Assembly (NCBI GenBank): GCA_013360305.1
Contig: JABWCK010000001.1
Coordinates: 17,209 to 81,208, forward strand
Source: Candidatus Micrarchaeota archaeon
GTDB lineage: Archaea; Micrarchaeota; Micrarchaeia; Norongarragalinales; Norongarragalinaceae
DNA length: 64,000 nt
Reading direction: 5' to 3'
Below the pieces are notes generated by a model. It was given only the letters and a program-made list of their open reading frames with translations, did no database searches and was not told the DNA's origin. Position numbers and translations under genes: made by a program. This document shows, in pieces, positions 19,571-28,719 of this stretch. Every line of letters starts with the position of its first letter. Within the stretch, counting starts at the first letter, position 1.

Positions 19571-20443
19571 ATGAAAATCACAATAATCGGCGCCGGAGGA
19601 ACTGGTTCTTTCGTCTGTCAAGAACTCGCTAAACTAAAACAAGTAAGCGAAATAACACTAATAGACCGAGACGTAGTCAGTGAAGAAAACCTTTCAAGAA
19701 GCGACTTGTTTGAAAAAAAAGACGTAGACAAATTTAAGGCACTAGTGGTTAGCAGCAAGATAAAAAAAGTAATTCCTCGAGTATTCAATTTAGACTCCGG
19801 AAACATTCACCAATTAATAAAAACAAAGCTTTTCATTGACTGCACAGACAATTACGAGACTCGAATGCTTTTAGACGAATACGCCAGAAAAGAAAACAAG
19901 ACGTGGATTTACACCGCAGCAATCAAGTCATTCGGAATGGTTTCAACCATTACTCCAACGCATTGTTTTGCTTGCTTTGCCAAGAAACCAAAACACACTT
20001 ACTCCTGCAACGAACTAGGCATAGAAAAAAAAGTCTTAAAACTAGTAGCCAAAAAAACAGCGAAAGAATTCTTACTATTAATAAAAGAAAAACCCGCTTT
20101 AGTTGAGGAATTGTGGTTTGTTGATTCCGCAACTAGTGAAGAAAAACTAATCCCCCTGCCTAATTGCAAATGCAACAATAAATTCAATTACTTGAAGAAG
20201 AAAACTAGAAAAATAGTGTTGTGCGGAACAAACGAGTTCTTATTCATTACAAACAAGAAAAACACTGCGACGCAATTAACAACTAAACTAAAAGAATTCG
20301 CGCCAGCAAACAAGGAATTGTTTGTTGAATTATTATTCAAAGAAGGAAAAGCCCGAGTGTTTCCCGATGGACGAATCATTACGACTCAATTAAGCGAAGA
20401 AAAAGCAGTTCAACTATCTAAAACAATAGAAAAAAAACTATGA
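19571..20443 (+). CDS. ThiF/MoeB family adenylyltransferase
   Basis: GAGGTG, DRD, NLSR, DCTDN, CFAC, YSC. Confidence 0.85.
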   Translation: MKITIIGAGGTGSFVCQELAKLKQVSEITLIDRDVVSEENLSRSDLFEKKDVDKFKALVVSSKIKKVIPRVFNLDSGNIHQLIKTKLFIDCTDNYETRMLLDEYARKENKTWIYTAAIKSFGMVSTITPTHCFACFAKKPKHTYSCNELGIEKKVLKLVAKKTAKEFLLLIKEKPALVEELWFVDSATSEEKLIPLPNCKCNNKFNYLKKKTRKIVLCGTNEFLFITNKKNTATQLTTKLKEFAPANKELFVELLFKEGKARVFPDGRIITTQLSEEKAVQLSKTIEKKL

Positions 20444-20507
20444 ATCACCGGAATTCACCTCAGAAAGAGAATAAAAATCGAGGCGGGATGAAAAATTATG
20501 ACACACA

Positions 20508-21191
20508 ATGACCGTAGTTCAACCATGCCCGGAAAATATTGAAAAAACACCCGAGTTAGCATATGTAATAGGCACTATGCAGGGGGACGGTTCGTTTTGT
20601 GAGTGTAAAATAAAAGGAAAAAAATATAAGGCAACAGTCTTGACTATCGAAGCCATGGACTTGGAAATGATCGAACAAACGAGAAACTTTTTTGAAAAAA
20701 GTTTCGGGAGAAAAGTTGCTATTTTTAGAAAAACAAAAGGTTCGTATGGGATTCGTTATTTAGTTAAAGGATTACTTTCAGCATTTCAAAAACTAGAACT
20801 AGATTTTACAGATCCACCTAAGCCACCAAAATGGGTTGAAGAAAAAACAGAATTTTTTGGAGCTTACCTCGCAGGAGTAATTGACTCGGATGGAAACGTT
20901 TGCATAAAGAGACCGACGTATCCAATGTGTCAAATAAAAATAACCTCCGGCACCCCACAAATAAAATTGCAAGAAGCAGTGAAAAACAACTTAAAATGCG
21001 GAACAAACATAGATACAGTTACAGATTTCAATAAAACGTGGAAAAAATGGACTACCCGAAGCAATTTACGTTTTGTAATCTCTAAGAAAAACTTGGAAGT
21101 AATCAAAAAATTTGTTTTGCCATACCTAACAATTCCAAGAAAAAGAAACAAAATATCAGAATATATCGAAACAAGATATAAAGCGGGCTAG
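20508..21191 (+). CDS. Free-standing double-motif LAGLIDADG homing endonuclease
   Basis: LAYVIGTMQGDG and AYLAGVIDSDG. No intein splicing motifs. Confidence 0.85.
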   Translation: MTVVQPCPENIEKTPELAYVIGTMQGDGSFCECKIKGKKYKATVLTIEAMDLEMIEQTRNFFEKSFGRKVAIFRKTKGSYGIRYLVKGLLSAFQKLELDFTDPPKPPKWVEEKTEFFGAYLAGVIDSDGNVCIKRPTYPMCQIKITSGTPQIKLQEAVKNNLKCGTNIDTVTDFNKTWKKWTTRSNLRFVISKKNLEVIKKFVLPYLTIPRKRNKISEYIETRYKAG

Positions 21192-21252
21192 GAGAGTCGA
21201 ACTCCTATATCTCGATCTGCAGTCGAGCACATGGCCGCTCTGTCAAACCCGC
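21182..21252 (-). tRNA. tRNA-Cys(GCA)
   Basis: GCGGGTT acceptor, CTCGA-CTGCAGA-TCGAG anticodon arm, GTTCGACTC, U73. Confidence 0.93.
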
Positions 21253-21290
21253 AAACCTTTCTTTTGCTAAAGAAAGCTTTACCAAAGAAA
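21253..21290 (+). repeat. AT-rich palindromic repeat (family member) abutting the tRNA-Cys 5' end
   Basis: AAACCTTTCTTT-TGCT-AAAGAAAGCTTTACCAAAG. Confidence 0.6.
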
Positions 21291-21340
21291 TTTTGCAAAA
21301 AAAAGAGGAATAATATACTGCAGTCAATGCTTGAAAAACG

Positions 21341-21820
21341 TTATTCCTGCATTAGTTTATCGGCTACAGCAATAATTGCTGGAAAAGTATCTAGCTCGCG
21401 TACTTCACTCAAAGAAAACCACTTCAAATCAGACGCTTCCCTCTCGGAAACCTTCTCATTGCCCTCAACGCACTCGCCGATGAAAACAAAATCAAAATGC
21501 AAGTGTTCCGGAGTTGATGCATGTGCAGGAATCAACTCAAGCAAACAACAATACGGGTTAACCGCTGTTTCTTCTTCTGGTGAATTTAAATCTAGTTTTG
21601 GACTAAAATCAAGTAATTTTATTCGTACACCCGCTTCCTCGAATGCTTCTCGAACAACGCATTGAGCAGGAGTTTCTCCTTCTTCCAAGTGTCCGCCAGG
21701 GCCAAGCCATTTCTTTAGTTTTCGATGAAATAACAACAAAGTCTTAGTCTTGGAAGGGTTTAAAATGAAAACACTCGCTACCAAGTCTGTTTTCAAGTTT
21801 TTTTTACTAGCAGGAATCAT
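21341..21820 (-). CDS. NUDIX hydrolase
   Basis: GGHLEEGETPAQCVVREAFEEAG Nudix box. Confidence 0.92.
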   Translation of the reverse strand: MIPASKKNLKTDLVASVFILNPSKTKTLLLFHRKLKKWLGPGGHLEEGETPAQCVVREAFEEAGVRIKLLDFSPKLDLNSPEEETAVNPYCCLLELIPAHASTPEHLHFDFVFIGECVEGNEKVSEREASDLKWFSLSEVRELDTFPAIIAVADKLMQE

Positions 21821-22575
21821 TTTCTTAACAATATTCTGCCTATGTCTTCAAATTCTTTTCTTCCAGACTCTAATTCTTTGCGTTTGAATAAGCCTAAATA
21901 AAGCACGCCAAGCAAGGCTCCCCACGCGTGAACCCAGAAATCAGTAGGCGTTTCTTCTTGTCTTGTTTCGCCCCGGACGACTATTTGCTTTGTTTTTGAA
22001 ACAACGTCAAGTTTTTCTTTCACTACTAATGCTTGGGGCAAGTTGTTTTCTTTGACTAGTTGAGAATATTGAGAAGCTAGTTTTTCTTGATTGGTTGTTA
22101 AAAAATGTTTTTGGGCGTTGGTCGCATAATCCGAGAAGGGAAATATTATGAATTGAATCACTAAAGGCGACAATAACAACAAGACTAAGGCCAATTTGGG
22201 GCGTAGTGCTAAAGCAGCAGCCATTACTCCTGCTCCAGCCGCTGAAGCTCCGGCTAGGAAGGTGAACGGGTTTAGTAGTGAAAAACTGATTCCTGCAATC
22301 AAGCCTGAAGAAAAGAATATTGCAAGCACATGCTTCCAATTCAATACTGCTTCTAATAACAACGCAAACACTAAGACGATAAACAAATTGCCCAGCAAGT
22401 GTTTTAATCCGACGTGGTTGAATAAGTAAAACACTGCGTTCAAAACAGGGTTGGTACCTACGTTCAAGGACCAGTTTGAAACAATGTTTTCAGGCAAGTA
22501 ACCAGTTCCTTGAGAAAACAACAAGTAAGGTACTAAAATAAAGAAACCCAACACCAAGGCACTAACAAAACGCAT
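21817..22575 (-). CDS. Rhomboid family intramembrane serine protease
   Basis: HLLGN, GAS, H-x2-G, TM helices. Confidence 0.8.
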   Translation of the reverse strand: MRFVSALVLGFFILVPYLLFSQGTGYLPENIVSNWSLNVGTNPVLNAVFYLFNHVGLKHLLGNLFIVLVFALLLEAVLNWKHVLAIFFSSGLIAGISFSLLNPFTFLAGASAAGAGVMAAALALRPKLALVLLLLSPLVIQFIIFPFSDYATNAQKHFLTTNQEKLASQYSQLVKENNLPQALVVKEKLDVVSKTKQIVVRGETRQEETPTDFWVHAWGALLGVLYLGLFKRKELESGRKEFEDIGRILLRK

Positions 22576-22602
22576 TAAAAAATTAATTAACTTGAGATTA
22601 AG

Positions 22603-22665
22603 TTCTTTTTCATCAAAGTTTTTCTTTTAAAGAAAAACGTTGTTTTGATTAAACTTTTTAAAAAG
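22603..22665 (-). repeat. Two tandem AT-rich palindromic repeat copies
   Basis: Minus strand reads CTTTTTAAAAAGTTTAATCAAAA and GTTTTTCTTTAAAAGAAAAACTTTGATGAAAA. Confidence 0.5.
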
Positions 22666-22757
22666 AACGGTCGCCAAGCCCTTTCGGGCTTGCGATAATT
22701 AGGCTGGCTTTAACACCAGTGATTGCGACTCGTTCAACCCACCTTCACAGAATCCGC
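22661..22757 (-). ncRNA. Candidate structured ncRNA (three-way junction)
   Basis: GC-rich island. GAACGAGTCGC/GCGACCGTTC closing stem, CTGG/CCAG hairpin, CAAGCCC-GAAA-GGGCTTG hairpin, upstream TTTTAAATA, downstream T-tract. Confidence 0.5.
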
Positions 22758-22809
22758 ATAGTAGAAGTCAGAAAAAGAGTATTTAAAAGTTTCCATAAGA
22801 GGAAAAAAG

Positions 22810-22934
22810 CGGGCCCAGGGGGATTTGGACCCCCGACATTTCGATTTCTTTCAAAAATTTAGGAAAGTTTTGATGCAACTTTTCCTAAAAGTTGCTAAGA
22901 GTCGAACGCTCTGGCCAAACTGAGCTATGGGCCC
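22810..22934 (-). tRNA. tRNA-Lys(CTT) with 50-nt intron at 37/38 (22846-22895)
   Basis: GGGCCCA/TGGGCCC acceptor, TTCGA-CTCTTA|intron|A-TCGAA, T-loop TCCAAAT. Confidence 0.9.
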
Positions 22935-23032
22935 AAACTTTTTTCTGAAAAGAGATTGGGTTTCACTAATAATTCGAGAATAATACTATGCTTGGATTGG
23001 TTTAAAAAAATATGGAAACATTAATTGTTTGA

Positions 23033-23542
23033 ATGAAAGTAACGGTTTTGAGATTAGGTCACCGAAAGGAACGAGATAAGCGCATTTCTACTCATTGTGG
23101 TTTGGTAGCGAGAGCGTTTGGTGCTAGTGAAATTATTTATGCTGGCGAAGAAGACTCTACGTTAGTAAATAGTTTGGATAAAGTGTCTGAAAAATGGGGC
23201 GGAAAATTCAAAGCACGTTATACGCGCAGTCCTCTAGCCGAAGTAAAGAAGTTCAAGAAAAAAGGCGGAGTAGTTGTCCATGCGACTATGTATGGAGAGA
23301 ATTTTTGGGACGTAAAAATACCTAAGAAGCCGTTAATGATTATTATTGGAGCAGAAAAAGTACCTAGAGAATACTATGAATTAGCAGATTATAATGTAGC
23401 GATAGGAAACCAACCGCATTCGGAAGTAGCGGCGTTGTCTATTTTATTGTATTACTGGTTGGAAGGCGGTTTGAAGAAGAAAATACGAGGTAAAATCAGC
23501 ATTTCTCCAAACGCGCGTGGAAAAACAATCAAGAAAAAATAA
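23033..23542 (+). CDS. trm56: tRNA (cytidine-56-2'-O)-methyltransferase aTrm56
   Basis: RLGHR.ERDKRISTH, GAEKVP, NQPHSEVAAL. Confidence 0.95.
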   Translation: MKVTVLRLGHRKERDKRISTHCGLVARAFGASEIIYAGEEDSTLVNSLDKVSEKWGGKFKARYTRSPLAEVKKFKKKGGVVVHATMYGENFWDVKIPKKPLMIIIGAEKVPREYYELADYNVAIGNQPHSEVAALSILLYYWLEGGLKKKIRGKISISPNARGKTIKKK

Positions 23543-23583
23543 GGGTACGGATATAAATATTTTCTCTACTAAAGTATTAGCAT

Positions 23584-24231
23584 ATGCCTTCGCCTCGTAA
23601 AATCAACAAAACTATTTCTAAGAAACCAGTTAAGGCAAAAACAAAAAAAATAATTAAACAAGTTAAAAACAAGGTCGCTAAGTTAAAACAACCTAAAGCG
23701 ATTACTCCGCCAGTAATGGAAGAAAAACCAAAAGCTGACCCTAAACTAATTCAACCATTCATTAGCGAAGTAGCTGGCGAAAGAGGTTTGAAAGTTATTG
23801 AAGCAATTGGCGACGGCGCTATTGATGAAAAAATAGAAGAAAAAACCAAGTACAAAATGGCCGAAATACGCCACGTGTTAAACTTACTGCACAATCATGG
23901 AATTGTTGAATATTCTAGAGTCAAGAACTTGGAAACTGGTTGGTTTACTTACACTTGGTCAGTCAACTCAGACCGAGCATTGTCTAACTATTTAATGAAG
24001 AAAAAGAACGAGTATGAAGAATTGCGTTCCAGATTATCTGCTTCAGAGAATACGACTATTTACGCTTGCAAAGCAGGGTGCTGCAAGCTTCCGTTTGATG
24101 AAGCTTTTGATGCTCAATTCAAGTGTCCTAGTTGCGAAAAAAAGCTTCAATACACTGAAAACAAGAGCGAGTTAAAGGAATTGGAAACTAAGATTTCTTC
24201 ACTGCAACAAATACTAGAAAGAAAAGTTTAA
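23584..24231 (+). CDS. tfe: Transcription factor E (TFIIE-alpha homolog)
   Basis: TGWFTYTW, FDEAFDAQFKCPSC. Confidence 0.9.
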   Translation: MPSPRKINKTISKKPVKAKTKKIIKQVKNKVAKLKQPKAITPPVMEEKPKADPKLIQPFISEVAGERGLKVIEAIGDGAIDEKIEEKTKYKMAEIRHVLNLLHNHGIVEYSRVKNLETGWFTYTWSVNSDRALSNYLMKKKNEYEELRSRLSASENTTIYACKAGCCKLPFDEAFDAQFKCPSCEKKLQYTENKSELKELETKISSLQQILERKV

Positions 24232-24292
24232 ACCCGCTAGGTTTAAAACCGTTGAACCGCATTATTTTCTTCTATTGCTGTAATTTTTTTAT

Positions 24293-24367
24293 AGCGGGGT
24301 AGGGTAGCCAGGAGTGCCCGCTGGGCTCATAACCCGGAGACCGTCTGTTCAAATCAGGCCCCCGCTA
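24293..24367 (+). tRNA. Initiator tRNA-Met(CAT)
   Basis: A1-U72 pair, three G-C pairs in the anticodon stem, CTCATAA loop, GTTCAAATC. Confidence 0.93.
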
Positions 24368-24426
24368 TTATTTTTTTAAAATAACTAGCGTTAAGCAACT
24401 AAAAAGAAGTAGTGAAAGGAAGAAAA

Positions 24427-24460
24427 GTTTTGGTAAAAATCTTTTTTTAAAAGATTCTTT
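24427..24460 (-). repeat. AT-rich palindromic repeat (family member)
   Basis: Minus strand reads AATCTTTT-AAA-AAAAGATT-TTTACCAAAA. Confidence 0.5.
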
Positions 24461-24782
24461 AGAATCCGCCGCGTTTGTATTTTGCGGAGTAGGGTAATGG
24501 TTTTTGTGGCATTGTTGGTGCTTCTTCTTCGTCATCCATTGAACCCATGTTTGGTGAAATTAAAATAATGTTGCTTACTGCTTTGACTGACTTGTACATT
24601 ACGGTTTTTTCTCTGAAAATGCGCTTGGCTTCGTCTTTGCTTGATGCGCGGATTGGTTCTAGTGTTAAGCGAACGACTTCTCCTTTTTGTAAGTCGATTA
24701 TTACGTCATATACTTTACCGACCATGGTTGCTCCGTCGGAGTAAATGTCCATTCCAATTAGTTGAGATACTTTTACTGACAT
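24459..24782 (-). CDS. PRC-barrel domain protein (CdpB-like)
   Basis: LIGMDIYSDG..VGKVYDVIIDL..G. Confidence 0.85.
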   Translation of the reverse strand: MSVKVSQLIGMDIYSDGATMVGKVYDVIIDLQKGEVVRLTLEPIRASSKDEAKRIFREKTVMYKSVKAVSNIILISPNMGSMDDEEEAPTMPQKPLPYSAKYKRGGF

Positions 24783-24862
24783 ATGAATCTTTCACCTTTT
24801 TTTGTAAATAAAAAACAATTTTCTATTGCTAAACAATAATCACGATAATTATTAAAAGCTTG

Positions 24863-25264
24863 TTACTCGACTCTTAGTGAGAGGTCTTTGCGCACTTGGT
24901 TGAGTACGTGGCCGTAGTCGCGGTAGTTGGATATGGCGAATACTTTGACGGGGTAGTTGTTTGGTTCGCTTTTTGGCGTGCTGTGGATGGGTACAGTAAA
25001 GTATTTTGTTTCGCCAGGGTTTAGTTCGCCTAGTCTGAATTCTCTTTGAAGCATTAATCCGGTCTTGTCTAGGCCTAGTTGTTTTGGAACTACTACGACT
25101 AGGGAGGTTAACAGTACGGTGTCGGAATTGTTTTTTAACGTGATTTCTAAGTCTACTGCGTCATTTCTGCGGGCAGATAGCCTAAATGGGTGGAAATTGC
25201 ATTCGAGTACGTACTCTGAATCTGTTGCTACGGGCTTTTTGCCAAAAAAATCAAATATACCCAT
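24863..25264 (-). CDS. Hypothetical beta-rich (Ig-like) protein with N-terminal amphipathic motif
   Basis: Starts MGIFDFFGKK. Alternating beta pattern, GELNPGETK. Confidence 0.6.
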   Translation of the reverse strand: MGIFDFFGKKPVATDSEYVLECNFHPFRLSARRNDAVDLEITLKNNSDTVLLTSLVVVVPKQLGLDKTGLMLQREFRLGELNPGETKYFTVPIHSTPKSEPNNYPVKVFAISNYRDYGHVLNQVRKDLSLRVE

Positions 25265-25313
25265 GTAAAATAAAAACCTCTTTTAGTTGTTTTGGGGTTA
25301 AAACTTAAAAAAA

Positions 25314-25712
25314 CTATTCGTCAACCCAGTTTTTCCACCAATTCGCGTATTCTAGTAGTGCTTCGGAAAATGCTTTTGATGTGCGTAGTAAGGATTTTTT
25401 TCCTTCGTATTCTATCAAGCCGCTTTTTTCTAGGCTGGTTATTAACAAGTACAGGGTGCTTTTTTTTAGTTGAAGGGTTTGTTGTAGTTGTTTGAATGAT
25501 TGGGGCTGGCGCCTTAGTTCCATTAATACTTGCATTGTTAGGTCTTTTTTTGTTCTAGAAAAATAAAAACTGTTGTTTATGAAGTCGTATAAGGTAAATG
25601 CTTTGGTTTTTATTGTTGCGGCATCGTTTTTGTTGACTCTGAAGTAGGCGTATGCTTTCTTTTTTTGGTCTTGGTAATTAGTCTCCACTCTCCCCTCACT
25701 TCCACTATTCAT
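25314..25712 (-). CDS. wHTH protein
   Basis: KKSTLYLLITSLEKSGLI. Confidence 0.7.
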   Translation of the reverse strand: MNSGSEGRVETNYQDQKKKAYAYFRVNKNDAATIKTKAFTLYDFINNSFYFSRTKKDLTMQVLMELRRQPQSFKQLQQTLQLKKSTLYLLITSLEKSGLIEYEGKKSLLRTSKAFSEALLEYANWWKNWVDE

Positions 25713-26224
25713 ACGTTTGTTTGCTTGCTGAATACTCCTTTTTCTATTGACCCGCCTGTAGCTTGTTCAAATATTACTTGGCAAATTTTTTCTCCAGGTT
25801 TTAATAATAAAGTGTTTTTTGAAAGATTTACTATTTCTAGTACTTGTATGTTGTTTACTCCTGGTTGAATGAATGAAGAAGAAACGTGAACTATTAATCC
25901 TAACCTAGCAAAACGACTTCTTCCTTGAATCCATCCACAAATACTATCTGGTAAACTAATTTTTTCTATAGTTCTGCCTAAAACTAATTCTCCTGGTTTT
26001 AATTCTAATAATTCTTTTTCTTTTAATTTAATTAATTTAAACAAAGAAGAATCGTTAAATGATTTTTCGCTTATTTTTACTTTATTTTTCTTTTTTATTT
26101 TTTTAAATTCATTAGACAAAGTCAAATCTATCGATGCAGCATTCAAGTTTTCTTCAATAAACGGAGTAATTACTATTTTTTTTTGCTTGACTAATTGCAA
26201 GACTTTTTTCTTAGACAAAATCAT
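25709..26224 (-). CDS. dcd: dCTP deaminase
   Basis: ASIDLTL, GRSRFARLG, LEI, ICQVIF. Confidence 0.92.
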   Translation of the reverse strand: MILSKKKVLQLVKQKKIVITPFIEENLNAASIDLTLSNEFKKIKKKNKVKISEKSFNDSSLFKLIKLKEKELLELKPGELVLGRTIEKISLPDSICGWIQGRSRFARLGLIVHVSSSFIQPGVNNIQVLEIVNLSKNTLLLKPGEKICQVIFEQATGGSIEKGVFSKQTNV

Positions 26225-26237
26225 TTTTCAAAACCAT

Positions 26238-27434
26238 TCAATAGTGGAAGTAAGGGGTCCCTCTTTCTTCTATTCTTAACAATTCGTTGTATTTACTAGT
26301 TCTTTCACCACGACAAGGCGCGCCTAACTTAAACAATTCTGCTTTTACTCCTGTGGCGAAGTCTGAAATAAACGAGTCTTCAGAGTCTCCTGACCTATGT
26401 GACGTAGTTAGTGTAATATTGTTTTTTCTAGCGGTTTTACCGGCTTTTATTGCGTCAGACACGTAGCCTATTTGGTTGGGTTTGATTATTACTCCAGAAA
26501 TACTTCCAACTGCTTTTTCAATTAATTCAGAGTTAGTAACAGTCAAGTCGTCTCCAACAACCATTGTTTCTTGGTTTAACTCTTTGTATGCTGAAAAATC
26601 TTTCTCGAAAAACGGGTCTTCGACGTATTTTAAATTAAATTCTTTGGCTAGTTTTAATAATTCCTTCAACAAACCGTCTTTGGATAGTTTTTTTCCTTGA
26701 AAAACGTATTTTCCTTTCTTGTAAAAAGAAGACGCAGCACAGTCTAGTCCTAAAAATGCTTTGTCTTCCCAGCCGGTTTTTTCTAGCGATTTTTGAATCA
26801 AGCTTAATGCTTCGCGGGTGGTTTTTATTTTTGGCGCGAAGCCACCTTCATCGCCTACTAATGTGCTTAGTTTCTTTTTTTCAAGCATTTTTTTTAACTC
26901 CATTCGCGTTTCAACGACGCATTGGACGGCTTCAGAAAAACTCTTTGTTTTTAATGGTAAAACCATGTGTTCTTGAACGCTTAAACCGTTGTCTGCGTGC
27001 ATTCCTCCATTAATCAAGTTTGCCGCAGGGCACGGTAAGCGTTGAGCTCCGAAAGAATTATGTGCAATGAATTCGCTTAACGAAACGCCTTGGTTTGAAG
27101 CGTAGGCTTTACAAAAAGCCATGCTTAACGCGATAGTCGTATTACCGCCTAGTGTTTTTTTCTCGTTTAATTCTTTCAAGAATCGATCGAAAGAATCCAA
27201 GCTAGGGAAATTCTTTCCTTCTGCTAAGAAGCCAGCACGCAAAGCGTTTTCTACTGCTTTGTAAACGCTTTTTCCCCCAAACGATTTTCTTTCATCGCGT
27301 AATTCTTTCACTTCAAGCAAGCCGGTACTCGCGCCTGACGGAGCGATTGCAGTAAAACCATTTATTTCTACTTCGACCGTGGGGTTTCCTCTGGAGTCAA
27401 GAACTTGTCTGGCTTTGGTTTTTGTTATAATCAT
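26238..27434 (-). CDS. eno: Enolase
   Basis: DSRGNPTVEV, PSGASTG, GDEGGFAP, SHRSG, KYNELLRIEE. Confidence 0.97.
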   Translation of the reverse strand: MIITKTKARQVLDSRGNPTVEVEINGFTAIAPSGASTGLLEVKELRDERKSFGGKSVYKAVENALRAGFLAEGKNFPSLDSFDRFLKELNEKKTLGGNTTIALSMAFCKAYASNQGVSLSEFIAHNSFGAQRLPCPAANLINGGMHADNGLSVQEHMVLPLKTKSFSEAVQCVVETRMELKKMLEKKKLSTLVGDEGGFAPKIKTTREALSLIQKSLEKTGWEDKAFLGLDCAASSFYKKGKYVFQGKKLSKDGLLKELLKLAKEFNLKYVEDPFFEKDFSAYKELNQETMVVGDDLTVTNSELIEKAVGSISGVIIKPNQIGYVSDAIKAGKTARKNNITLTTSHRSGDSEDSFISDFATGVKAELFKLGAPCRGERTSKYNELLRIEERGTPYFHY

Positions 27435-28660
27435 TTCAACAAACTCATTAACGCACTGGACTTTATTGGTCTTACCTTCCTAGCGTTAGTTTCAGTAAAA
27501 TCTTTATTGCTAGCAGCAAAACTTGGACCCGCAAGCAAGTATGGAACAGAATCGGCAGAGTGTGCTTTTTTTTCAACCGGAGTACAATGATCGCCCGTGA
27601 CTAGTAATCGCGTTGTTTTCAAATCTATTTTTTTCTTTAAAACCGAGAAAAACAACAAGTCAATTTCTTTCAACACGCGTACTTTTTCTTTCACTAAACC
27701 ATCATGCGACGGCAAGTCTGGGGTTTTCAAGTGGACGTAAACTTTATTGTTTTTTTTCAATGCTTGAATTGCTTTATTCGCGCGGTAAGCATAGTCTCGC
27801 TTGTCTAGAAACGCGTGTTTTATTGGAACTCTCTTCATTTCGAGCAGTTTTCCAATTCCTTTTTCTAAAGGCATGTCTGCTAAAATCGCCCAGTCCTTCA
27901 AGTAATTTGGAGGTTTGCGCAAACGAGTTTCCGCATCCCTCAACAACAAGCAGTTAGCAGGCATTTTTCCTTGTTTTATTCTTTTTTTATTAATGCTTGA
28001 TTTTTCTAGTACTGCGTTTGTTTTTTCAACGAACTCGTTTATTATTCTAGCAGAATTTTTTGCTTCAATTGTGGCGTCTAATGGTTTTGCTGAAATAATT
28101 TTTTTCCCTTCAGCTCCTACTGCGCGGCTAATTCCGCCCTTGTTTTTCTTTACGTATCCTGGATGAGTGTTAGTAACTTCTTTTGAATAATTCAACCCAG
28201 AAAACACTACTACTCCTCGGTAATCAACGGTTGCTTTAAAGAAGAAAGGAACGCTTAGTTTTACTTTAGTGTTTATTTCTTTCTCTAGTTTTTTTGCTTC
28301 AATAGTCGTAAAGTCTTTCCCAGGGTTTCTGTATATTACTCGCTCGTTTTTTTCACAAGCAAAATTAGTCCTCAACGCGAGTTGCCCGTTTTTGAACTTA
28401 TACCCGAGCCCCCAAGTTTCGAGTACTCCTCGCCCTAAATGGAATTTTTTATAGTCAAAGCCTAAAACCGCTAGTACTCCAACGTCGCTTTCTGGAGGAA
28501 TGCTTCCCGCAGGCAATGCGCAACCCACTATTCCTTTTCTTGAAAAATAATTCAAATTCTCGCATTTTGCTGCTTCCAAGGGCGTTTTTCCTTTTAATGT
28601 TTTACACGGCAAGTCTCCAAAACCGTCGAGGATTACTAGTAGGGTTTTCACGTTTTTCAT
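27431..28660 (-). CDS. apgM: 2,3-BPG-independent phosphoglycerate mutase, archaeal type
   Basis: LDGFGD, TPLEAA, PESD, D.PSHDG, TGDHCTP. Start set at the ATG at 28660. Confidence 0.92.
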   Translation of the reverse strand: MKNVKTLLVILDGFGDLPCKTLKGKTPLEAAKCENLNYFSRKGIVGCALPAGSIPPESDVGVLAVLGFDYKKFHLGRGVLETWGLGYKFKNGQLALRTNFACEKNERVIYRNPGKDFTTIEAKKLEKEINTKVKLSVPFFFKATVDYRGVVVFSGLNYSKEVTNTHPGYVKKNKGGISRAVGAEGKKIISAKPLDATIEAKNSARIINEFVEKTNAVLEKSSINKKRIKQGKMPANCLLLRDAETRLRKPPNYLKDWAILADMPLEKGIGKLLEMKRVPIKHAFLDKRDYAYRANKAIQALKKNNKVYVHLKTPDLPSHDGLVKEKVRVLKEIDLLFFSVLKKKIDLKTTRLLVTGDHCTPVEKKAHSADSVPYLLAGPSFAASNKDFTETNARKVRPIKSSALMSLLK

Positions 28661-28719
28661 TACGTTTTCGTTGTTTTTAACCCGCTTCCTTTTTATTTGA
28701 TTACGTGCATTTTTTTCTA

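Noticed and set aside
19571-20443. ThiF protein as the E1 of the ubiquitin system
   Set aside because: It resembles MoeB/ThiF sulfur-relay enzymes beside suf, and the cluster has its own E1 at 35860-36594.
20481-20490. AGGCGGGATG as a target-site duplication of the tRNA-Cys end
   Set aside because: Only about 5-6 bp match, which is expected by chance.
21231-21665. 144-aa plus-strand ORF
   Set aside because: Antisense to tRNA-Cys and the NUDIX gene.
22661-22757. SRP RNA or 5S rRNA
   Set aside because: It lacks the SRP helix-8 internal loop and the conserved 5S loops.
22658-22759. Minus-strand ATG-CGG-ATT-CTG-TGA frame followed by a hairpin, read as a selenoprotein with SECIS
   Set aside because: The peptide has no redox motif and the window has no Sec machinery. 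An ncRNA explains it better.
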